DNA of 64,000 nucleotides from Saccostrea cucullata (Eukaryota): NCBI RefSeq assembly GCF_032062105.1, contig NW_026922894.1, positions 1 to 64,000 of the forward strand, read 5' to 3'. Shown piece by piece: positions 1 to 9,388 of this stretch (position 1 is its first letter; each line of letters starts with the position of its first letter). The notes under the pieces were generated by a model. It saw only the letters and a program-made list of their open reading frames with translations, ran no database searches and was not told where the DNA came from. The position numbers and the translations under genes were made by a program.

Positions 1-134
1 AACATTAAAACTGTGTTGGTGAAGTTTTCTACAAAGGGATCAAGTCATATATAAATAATGAAATAACAAATTAATATTCATCTGAATGCAATGAAAATTA
101 CGAATATATGCTTGAATTAATATTAAAATTTTAC

Positions 135-858
135 CCATTTGATTTCTGCTGGTCTCAGACTGAGAGTATTCCATGTCTTTTAATGACGCAGAAAAGTTCC
201 CGAAAATTCCTTCCGTTCTCAAAAATTTAGCATTTACATATTCAAGAGTTGAATTCAAGCGTCTCTCGATCTTCTGAATGTTTTCATCTTTAATTTTAGT
301 ATCCTTTTCAGTCCTTTCCTTGAAGTCCAGAAGAGTCACAGATAGATATCTCACCTCCATTTTGACGTCATCCAGAATATGATTAGTTTTGTTGAATATA
401 GCTTGACGCTTCTCTTCATTCCGTATTTCCGTGACCTGTTGGTGTTCATAAATATCTGTAATGTTTTCGTCAACTTTTGTAAATTTTTCTTGAAATTCCT
501 GAATTTGTTTTTGAAATCTTATATTATCGTCAGCAAGCCTTTTGTTTTCCTGTTGTAACGCGCCCACCTGAGTTTTCAATGTTTGTATCGTCTGCTGCAA
601 ATTGGTGACGGTGGTGTCAGATGACACAAGGTTTTGTTTGATAGAATCAACGTCATTCATTAAGACGTGAACATTTTTGACCAAGGCTAAACGAATAACA
701 GTCTCTTGATTAATCATCTGCCATAGTACCTTCAGGTTGTTTATATTTTCCTTGTCGATTAATGTTGTAGAATTGCTGTCTTCATTATCAGTTAACAATG
801 ACAGAGCCCCCGAGTAGGTAATAAAAAGAAAAGTAACACCAAGACTCAGTAACTTCAT
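135..858 (-). CDS. C1q-domain-containing protein paralogue A, exon 1 (signal peptide + coiled coil); gene continues off the left window edge
   Basis: Signal peptide MKLLSLGVTFLFITYSGA followed by a heptad-rich coiled coil. WQMINQETVIRLALVKNV aligns with KQLINQETLIRISFVKNI of the complete paralogue at 13716. Phase-1 donor G|GTAAAA at 135/134 matches the paralogue's phase. TATATAAA on the minus strand at 911-918. The gC1q exon is not in the window. Confidence 0.8.
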
Positions 859-1384
859 TGTGCTAGATAAATACTTAGATGTCCGATAAAAAATCTCATT
901 TTCATTTCAATTTATATATTCGTATGCAGATTATACAACTAGCGTTTTCAAAAAACCTGACACAGGAAAAAGAGACAATTTCAATCGGCAACACTACAAT
1001 ACCCTAAAAAATCTGCATAAAGATTTATGAGAATCTCAGATAACACTTACTACGGAAAGTCATCGGAAATTAAGTAATTTCTTTTGAAGCACTTAATTGG
1101 TTGGTACTCTTGAAAAATGGATGAAAGCACATGTCTGGAGGAAAAAGATAGCATCTGAAATATTACATCCTGAAACAGCATTGTCTGCTTTTACCAATCA
1201 AATTCTAGATTAAAGAAAATGAAGAAAATATCTAGAATTTTTATTTCACAAGGAAGCAAACTGTACACCACCCCTCATATTAATGAAACTAAAAGCGATA
1301 ACATATACATTGTACCTAGTTTCCTATTCTTTATTCTTTAATTTAAAAAGAAAATCAAAAGTAGTTTTTTTTCAAATTATATCT

Positions 1385-1745
1385 ACATGTACACTACCTG
1401 AGAATTTTTCCTTGTTACATGTAATATGACTGCTAAACATGACTTTGTTGTTCTAGGGAAGAAGATTTAAAAAAAATCCAAATATGTTATCCTATATAAG
1501 ACCTACTGCCCACTGTGGCCTATCCGAGGGGGTCATGATTTGAACAAACTTGAACCTACACTTTCTTAGGATGCTTCAGTATTAATGACAAACAACACCT
1601 CGGCTGATCTTAAGGAGAATATTTTAAGAGATATTTCCTACATTTTCCTTTGTTAAAATTCGATTCAGCCCTTCTTCAAGGATGGTGGTCATGATTCGGA
1701 CAAACATGAAGCTCCTTCATCTGGGAATATTTCTTAATTATATTG
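1385..1745. repeat. Degenerate satellite-like monomers of a HINE/Helentron-type repeat
   Basis: Motifs ggtcatgatttgaacaaacttgaacctaca and ggtcatgattcggacaaacatgaagct recur about 155 bp apart. Boundaries approximate. Confidence 0.5.
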
Positions 1746-3148
1746 ACTAATTTAGTCTTCATGGCGCCTAACATTTTTGGCTGGCACCTTAAATAATTTC
1801 AAATGAATTTGGCGACCATTTTGAATTGATATAGTTCCTGCCTAGGAGTCCTGGTTTGCAGAGAAATGTAGAAAACGCGTAAATGCGACGAATATGCGGC
1901 AAGATTCAACCTGATCTGATTTTATATCAATAGATGACAGCTTCCGATGTATGAGAAAAGTCCGATTTAGGTGAGAAATTATCGTGATCAGTCAGAAAGT
2001 GCCCCTAAGCGGGAACCAAGATGGAGGATAGTTTCATATGCCTTGTTATGTTTATAGTATAGTAGATGTAATTTTGAAACATAATTAAAACGGGTGGTGC
2101 CTTTGCTGTGAGGGTCTCATTCTAAACTTCATCACGTTAGTAAGGTGAAGGTAAGCGATAAAAATAGACGATTCATATTTCGATTTTGTGAAGGCGCAGT
2201 AACGTGTTCGCATTAAACATTGACTAAATTGTTGAAGTGGTATTCGACCATACCCTGTGAAAAGTATATGGAGAGTTTTTCTGGAACTATGATTTTGAAG
2301 TTACAAAGATTTATCTGGGGTTACAATACATATGTGGTTATTTAATAATTTTGAAGATGGTATAATAGAGATTGACAGAACTTTTAGAACAAACCTCTTA
2401 TAATTTTTAATTCACTTAGTTGCTTTGTTGCAATGCAAGAACTTGAACATAAAGTGTGATATCTGTATCTTTATTTAAAGACATGTCGCTTTAGCGGTAA
2501 TATTGTCCGTAGTTTCGATTTTTTAAATTCAAACTTTATAATATTTTCACCCATAATTCGCGTAAAGACAAATTTCCACTCTTAGTGGTTGAGAGGAATT
2601 TTCAAGGTATTTCTTCCATAGACCCCCTTCCAACTTTGAAAGAAAAACACACCGAGAGATACATGTACCTATATAACTATCATTTTTATACCCCGTAAAA
2701 AAAATGGGGGTATATAACTTTTGTCCTATCCTCTAGTCTGTCTGTTTATCCATCTAGCTGTCTGACTCTCTGTTATCATTCGTAAACACATAACTGTCAG
2801 GTCGCCAAAATTTAACATGCCCATAACTTTTGACCATAATTTTTGAGTGAATGAGGCTCTGGCTTTTAAAGAACTATGTGCGATATATTGCATATATTTG
2901 CCCCCACAAAAGTCAAATCTTGAAAACTTCCTGAAATGTGCTGAATTCAATAAATCGTATGAGAAATATAAATTAACAGAAAATATTATAGTGTCAAAGC
3001 TGTGTATTCACAATTTTTGTTTTTATGACGTCACAAACTAGTCCGATTTTATATCCTTTTTCAGAAAGAGGACAAAATGGACAAAATTTTAACAATTTTA
3101 GCTTTAAAATTTATAGAGCGCAAGTTTGTTCAGGAACAATATTGACAT

Positions 3149-3207
3149 TATTCTAAGTTAAGTCTCGCGAGATGTGACTATATTTAAATCACTCGAGTGG
3201 CGGCTGT
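3149..3207 (+). repeat. Split direct repeat A1 (59 bp, identical to A2 9117-9175); contains TATA-like TATATTTAAA at 3179-3188
   Basis: tattctaagttaagtctcgcgagatgtgactatatttaaatcactcgagtggcggctgt is present at both positions. Confidence 0.95.
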
Positions 3208-3943
3208 CGGTCCGTGCAGTCGTAGTTTTCTGCGTCGCTGCCCAACAGTTTTTGTTAGCTGTAGCGTCGTCATATGTAAGTATATTTTACTTTATTTGTA
3301 ATACTAGCTTGGTGCTAGTATATATTTTGGTGAAACAGTTGGTAGGTTCGGCCGAGAACTGTTGTTTTTAGTGGACCGGGGGTCCATTTTTAATGTGAAT
3401 TTAAATTGATAATTTAATTGCTTTCGGGAACCTTGGAGGTTCATACAGTTTTAAGAGTAAGATTCAATGGACCGGGGGTCCGTTATTTTATGTAGAGATA
3501 ATGGGATTTTTCTTTATATTTGATTTGCATGGTTTTAATCTGGATATGTGTGAGCTGTTGTTACATGAACGTAATTCAAACAGCTGTAGAATGCGAGGAG
3601 CATTTTATTATGTGGGATTTTGTTGGACATTTTCCATCGGACTCAATTATAAGTGATTTTGATAGTAAAATTTGTGAATACATGTTTGCTATTCTTGAAA
3701 TTTTGTTTGGACTGTGTTATTTATACCTGTCGGTGAACTAATTTTGTCCGGCGAGTGGTGTTCACCGGCGTGTGACGAGGTATTACAAGGTGTAAAATCT
3801 CGTGCGTGTTTGGTTTAAGTGTACAGTGAGTCTATGTATATTGAGAATTCGTGATATTTATTAGTGTAAGAAAAAAAAAAATCTTTTTAAGTATTGGGAA
3901 TGTTTAAATATTATATTTTTGACGTTTTTAGAGCGAAGTAAGA

Positions 3944-4091
3944 ATGGCTGTGGTGCTGAAACCCAGGCACAGTTTAATTGGGAAAAGTTTGGTGCCAGTA
4001 GTTTTGAAGTTGAAAGCTTCAGATGGTAATTCGGAGGATTTGACGTTGGCCAGGTGAGCAATATATTATAATGCATGCCTTCATGATATAC

Positions 4092-4130
<39 letters not shown>

Positions 4131-5244
4131 AGGAATTTTTATGTGTTTACAGGTTGAAAAGAGGATATCCTTTAGAGGATTACTCATTGGTTGAACTCAG
4201 AACAGAGTTTGAAAAACTGACAGGAGAGTCAGTCAAGGATATTCTGATGTTGGCAGGAAAGGAGGATAATATTGAGACTGTAAGAATACTCATGAGTTAT
4301 ACTATTGAACATGCCAATACGGTTGGGGCTCCTAGGGGCCAGGTACTAGAGGCAACTGCTACTGCTTCTACCTCACGTGACAATGCTTCTGGCTCTTCAA
4401 GTAGTACGGTAACTGCCCAAAGGGATCAACCCTCGGGATCTTCGAGTAGTAACTCTCAAGGTATATCTTTATCTATCTGATTTTGTCGTGTTTATGTGAT
4501 AAATAGGAATTTAATTTGAGAACTGGTTTTATATTAAGTCAACAGGTTTTCTTATACATGTTTGAATGTATATATGACTTTTGTGTAGATATGGCTGGCA
4601 AGAAAGATGGAGAAGGACTGGAGGATCAGCTTAAGAGTATGAAAGAGGATCTTAAAGCGTTGAAGAGTAGACGAGATGACTTACAGGTAGATGATGCTCT
4701 GTCAAGTGTTAGAAGTCTAGCAAGTCGTCCAAATTTGACATCACATAATGTTTTGATGGCAGCGATTGAAACATTGATTGAAGTAGCTAATAAGGCAAAT
4801 CACAAAGATGCTTCACTCTTTAGCAAATCGTATGCAATTTGTAAAAGGTATGAGGATAACGAAGATTTTTGTGGGTTGGTTTTAAAATTGTTTGGGACAC
4901 AGGAGGATAAAAAGATAGCAGCAGTTGTAGCTGACTGGGCAAAATCTAAAAAGTACGAAGAATCTGAAAAAAGTAGGTTGAAGCAAAAAGAGAACGTAGC
5001 CTCATCGGGTAGTCCCTATCCTACTTTTGGCTTTGGTCCAGTTTATCCAAATCAGGTTCCTTATCAGCATATGATGTACCCTTATCCTCCTATGCACCAA
5101 GGGTATTATGGTCCAAGACCTCCAATGCGGTCTGCTTCTGTTAAGAAGGGGAAACAATCTAGTCCTGGTACTTGTTTTTATTGTAAGGAATTTGGGCATT
5201 TTGTTTCTGGCTGCCCGAAACTTGTTAATAATTCTAAGAAGTAA
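3944..5244 (+). CDS. gag: Gag-like protein, spliced: join(3944..4053,4153..4460,4589..5244), 357 aa, C-terminal CCHC zinc knuckle
   Basis: Introns 4054-4152 (GTGAGC..TTTACAG, phase 2, AG|G=Arg) and 4461-4588 (GTATAT..TTGTGTAG, phase 1, G|AT=Asp). 110+308+656=1074 nt in one open frame. Knuckle CFYCKEFGHFVSGC. Confidence 0.8.
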
Positions 5245-5383
5245 TGTTTTCATTAAGTAGACAGTAAGACATCAATTTTTTGCCCAGGGGATTTTAATCC
5301 TTATTGGGAATTTATTTCTCAAACGGGTAAAGATTTGATGTCTCTCCTTTGCATATTTTATAGCTATTATTTTAATTTTTCAG

Positions 5384-7581
5384 GAGATAATTGATTTCAA
5401 GAGGCATAAGTTTTTTCCTAAGATTCCGGATTGGGAATTAGAGTCAAAATTTGATCCAATTGGTGCTACTGCTAGGAAGCGAAATGTTGTTTGGATTGAT
5501 ATCAAAGGAGAGACAGTCAAGTCTTTATCCCATATAACAGAAGCAGAGGATATTTTGTCACAGGATGATTTTGTTTTCAGTAATTTAGTTTTCAGAGATC
5601 CAAAATCTTTTGTAGCTGGTAGTCTTTCTCCCATAATGTATCAGAATGGAAACGATTAGGCACTCCTTCATTTATTCTTGATTGGATTGAGAATGGTGTT
5701 GATATTTTTCCTATGTTTAAACATTTTAAGGGTAATTTTAAAGGAAAATCTTACAATGCAGATCAACCAGTCCCATCATATTTCCCCAATGCTTTAAATT
5801 GTAAGGATCATACCCAATTTATTGTTAAGACCTTAGAGGAAAGAATAGAGAATGGGTCGCTTACAGTGTTAGGCAGGGTTGGGGAGGTAGAGCCACCTAT
5901 CCTTGTTATGCCAATTACTATTGAACCTTCAAAACCGAGAATGTGTCATGATGAGCGTTTTTTAAACCTCTGGATAAAAGATTTCCCCTTTAAGTTAGAC
6001 ACTCTGAAAGAAGTTCCTAGGATGGTTGAGAAGGACATGTTCATGTCCTCATTAGATGATAAGTCTGGTTATGATCACATTTTACTAAAGCCTTCATGTA
6101 GGACTTATTTTGGAATTCAGTTTGGAGGATGGTATTTAGTTTACAATACTATCCCTTTTGGATTTAAGGCTAGTGCTTATATTTACCATACTACTGGTTA
6201 TGTGCCAGTTGGATATTGTCGTGGTCTAGGTATACCAGCACTTCTTTATATAGATGATAGGTTGATAGGTGAATTTCAAGGTAAGGGGATTCAGGAAAGT
6301 GGTGTTTCTGCAGCTCGCAGGAGTTTGTATATTATGTGTCAGATTCTTGTACGATTAGGCTATTTCTTGAATTTGGAAAAGTGTGTCTTGGTCCCATCTC
6401 AGAGTATAAAGTTTCTTGGGATGATTTGTGATTCCAGTGTTTTAGCTTTTAGGTTACCAGCTGATAAGAAGGCATCATTTTGTTCATTAAGAGATTCAAT
6501 TCTTTGTGAAAAGACAGTTGATTTGAAAACGCTGCAGCGTTTTGCAGGAAAGTGCATTTCTATGGTTTTGGCAGTCCCTGCCGCTAGATTATTTTCAAGA
6601 GAGGTTAATAAGGCAATTAGTATTTTGAGTAGGAATAGTAAGAGTCTACACATATATAAGGAACTTAGGGAAGAATTGGAATTCTGGAATTTCTTAGATT
6701 CATGGCAAGGTGTTGCTTCCTGGAGAAAAGAACAACATCTACAAGTTGTCCTTGCAACAGATTCTTCTCTATATAGATGGGGTGCATGTTTGATTGTTAA
6801 GGGGGATTTCCAAGAATTTGGAGATTTTTGGAGTGGTTGTGATCAAAGACCTATTCACGTGAAGGAGGCATCTGCATTACTATGTGCTTTACAGTGTGTT
6901 TGTTCTCAGATTGAAAATAGTAGAGTCGATGCATTTTGTGACAATCAAGCTGTTGTAGCTGCAAGGAGTTATCAGGGTGGGAGGGACAGTTCACTTAATC
7001 AGGTCTTAAAAGAACTTTTTCACTTAGCTTGTCAGAAAAATTTTGACCTTCGTTTGAAATACATCCCAACAAAAGAAAATCCAGCAGATGAAGAGTCTAG
7101 GAAATTGTCAAGTTCAGATTCCATGCTAACTAAAGTAAAATGGGAAATTGTTGAGAATTTGTTTGGACCTCATTCTGTAGATCTTATGGCAGTTGATTCA
7201 AATGTAATGAAAGATAGGGATGGAAATCCTCTGCGACATTTTACTCCTTATCCTACAAAATTGTCAGCGGGCATTAATGTGTTCTCACAGGATTTGTCCT
7301 TTGAAAGGAATCCTTATGTGTTCCCCCCTTTTGGTCTCATTTTCCCTCTTTTAAAGTTTTTAAAAGAATCAAAAGTAGAGGGTGTGACTATTATTATTCC
7401 AGACATTTTACCTAGACCTGTTTGGTGGCCTCTTTATTTTTCTCATGTTAAAAGGTCAGAAATTTTGAGTGTACAAGGGGAGGTAAATGCATTATACTTT
7501 CCAGGGAAAAAAGGTTTTGCAGTTAATAGGGTAGGTCTGAAGTGGTCTTTAATTGTAGCACGTTTGTGTTTCAATTCTTAG
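5384..7581 (+). CDS. pol: Pol: reverse transcriptase, RNase H and DIRS-type adenine-methyltransferase-like domain; one frameshift near 5623-5632
   Basis: Motifs LDDKSGYDH, PFG, YIDD; RNase H ATDSS..E..DN..NPAD; MT-like VDLMA..N..YVFPPF..WWPL. The frame opens at acceptor TTTTTCAG|GAG (5384) and reads LVFRDPKSFVAGSL, then shifts -1 into HNVSEWKRLG..WIENGVDIFPMFKHF. Confidence 0.88.
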
Positions 7582-7593
7582 AATATTTTGTAG

Positions 7594-8832
7594 GTATATA
7601 CTCTTCAAGGCCAAGAAGATTTTACCTGTGGAGGTGGTCAAAAACATTCAGAGGGGGAAAAGATTTCTACCTTGGAATATTTAATGGAGAGACGATTAAG
7701 TTATTTGGATCATTTGGTAGATGATACGGCATATAGTCGCCAGAAATGTTCTTTAGAGAAGGAATTCACTTATTTTTTAAGAGAGTATAGAGATGGGAAA
7801 GGATTAGTAGATGCAAATCCTGAGGATATTCGTCATTTTCTTGTTCTAAAAGATGAGAAGGGGAAAACTCAGGTGCACGATATTAATTGTCAGTTCCTTG
7901 GGAAAAAGGGTTCATTTACATGTGGGTGTCCTCACAGACTTGCAGTAGGCACAGTAAGATCAATTCTAGGAAAACTAAAAACTATTTTTGCTTCTTATGG
8001 GAAAGGGTTTGATTGGGATAGTAGGTACAATATTGGTAACCCTGTATGTTGTTCAAGTGTTAAAAAATATGTAAAAGCGATACAGTTGGAACAATCTACG
8101 TCACATGTTTGTGTAAAACAAGCCAAGCCTTTGTTTATTAGGAAGCTTAAGGATATATCAAAATATATTGCAAGCCAGTTGGAAAACCCAGTATTGTCCC
8201 TTTCAAAACGTTATGTGTTACTTCGGGACCAGGCATTCTTCAAGATACAGTTTTTCTCAGGGGATAGGGCACATGATCTTGGTTTAAGTTTATCGCAGGA
8301 GGTTATCATTTTGGGAGATGGTAAGGGCCTTATGTTTTCTCATACAGTAGGGAAGACTTTAGGCACGGGAAAGGTAAATGAGTTTATGGTTCCTAGGGTT
8401 GAAGAAAGTTTGCTCTGTCCTGTGATGGCTTATAGATCCTATGTTGAGGGTTCTTTGGATATGGGTGTAAATTTGAAAACAGGTTATTTGTTCCGTACTC
8501 TTGATCCTTCAAAAGGTTCAGTCACTGACTACCCGGTATCCTCAAGTACTATGTTTGAACGTTTGAAAATTTATTTGTCAGTTCTGGGAATAGATGAAGG
8601 GGAAACTCCACATGGGATTAGAGGTGCTTGTGCAATTACTTTAGCAACTTCTGGTGCAGTGGCAGGGGAAGTAATGGAACATATTGGTTGGGCTACAAAT
8701 TCCTCATATAAAAGATACAGTAGGGTGGGGAAAATGCTCGAAGGGGGTTCTGTGGGGAATATCATGACTAAGCTTGCGACAAGTGATTTTGACCAGTCTG
8801 AGAGAGTATTTAAAAGTTTAATGGGTGAATAA
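7594..8832 (+). CDS. Tyrosine recombinase (phage-integrase family) of the DIRS element
   Basis: Catalytic set R (SGDRAHDL), K (GKT), HxxR (TPHGIRG), H/W (HIGW), Y (RYSR). The frame opens right after acceptor TTTTGTAG| at 7594; first ATG at 7684; AATAAA at 8895. Confidence 0.92.
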   Translation, partial: VYTLQGQEDFTCGGGQKHSEGEKISTLEYLMERRLSYLDHLVDDTAYSRQKCSLEKEFTYFLREYRDGKGLVDANPEDIRHFLVLKDEKGKTQVHDINCQFLGKKGSFTCGCPHRLAVGTVRSILGKLKTIFASYGKGFDWDSRYNIGNPVCCSSVKKYVKAIQLEQSTSHVCVKQAKPLFIRKLKDISKYIASQLENPVLSLSKRYVLLRDQAFFKIQFFSGDRAHDLGLSLSQEVIILGDGKGLMFSHTVGKTLGTGKVNEFMVPRVEESLLCPVMAYRSYVEGSLDMGVNLKTGYLFRTLDPSKGSVTDYPVSSSTMFERLKIYLSVLGIDEGETPHGIRGACAITLATSGAVAGEVMEHIGWATNSSYKRYSRVGKMLEGGSVGNIMTKLATSDFDQSERVFKSLMGE

Positions 8833-9043
8833 TCGTTTCCTCATATCTTACTTAGAGATGATTATTGTCATATTGCCTGCTTAGTGGTGAGCTAAATAAA
8901 GATGTTGTTTGCATTAAATTTTTGGCTGTTTTCTTTTGTTAATTTTGAGATATAGAGTTTCTTTAAGTATTGGGTGAGTATTGGGTAAGGCTGGAGAGTT
9001 GTTATGTAAACATGCTTAATAATTTATGAGGATAATTTGTCCA

Positions 9044-9175
9044 GTTTTCACTCTTTTACCCAATACTTAAAGAAACTTGGTCATATTGAGCATAGACTTT
9101 ACTTAGAATATTTTTATATTCTAAGTTAAGTCTCGCGAGATGTGACTATATTTAAATCACTCGAGTGGCGGCTGT
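9044..9175 (+). repeat. Internal B1-A2 junction of the split direct repeats, with a palindromic core ACTTAGAATA-TTTTTA-TATTCTAAGT (9101-9126)
   Basis: B1 (73 bp) is identical to B2 9316-9388; A2 is identical to A1. Confidence 0.95.
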
Positions 9176-9259
9176 TGGGGGGGTTGCATGGAGAATGTTT
9201 TCCTGCATCCTGCGGAAATGAACGGGAAAAGGTTTTAGTCTGTTAACATGGTTGGAGAG

Positions 9260-9296
<37 letters not shown>

Positions 9297-9315
9297 ATGC
9301 TCAATATTTACCAAT

Positions 9316-9388
9316 GTTTTCACTCTTTTACCCAATACTTAAAGAAACTTGGTCATATTGAGCATAGACTTTACTTAGAATATTTTTA
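9316..9388 (+). repeat. Split direct repeat B2 (3' terminus of the element)
   Basis: gttttcactcttttaccc...acttagaatattttta is identical to 9044-9116. Confidence 0.95.

Larger units (their letters stand above)
3149..9388 (+). mobile_element. Full-length PAT-like DIRS-order tyrosine-recombinase retrotransposon with split direct repeats (gag / RT-RNaseH-MT / YR)
   Basis: Order A1(3149-3207)-ORFs-B1(9044-9116)-A2(9117-9175)-spacer-B2(9316-9388), with both repeat pairs identical. CCHC gag, RT YIDD, RNase H, an MT-like domain and YR catalytic residues are all present. Split direct repeats plus an MT domain indicate PAT-like rather than Ngaro. Confidence 0.93.

Noticed and set aside
5002-8765. Short antisense ORFs in the element (5002-5253, 5380-5634, 6399-6653, 8571-8765) and 3861-4187
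   Set aside because: They are shadows of sense coding frames or poly(A)-derived poly-Phe, with no motifs.
3149-9388. Classification as Ngaro or DIRS-1 proper
   Set aside because: It has split direct repeats rather than ITR/ICR (not DIRS-1) and an MT-like domain with no hydrolase (not typical Ngaro); PAT-like fits best.
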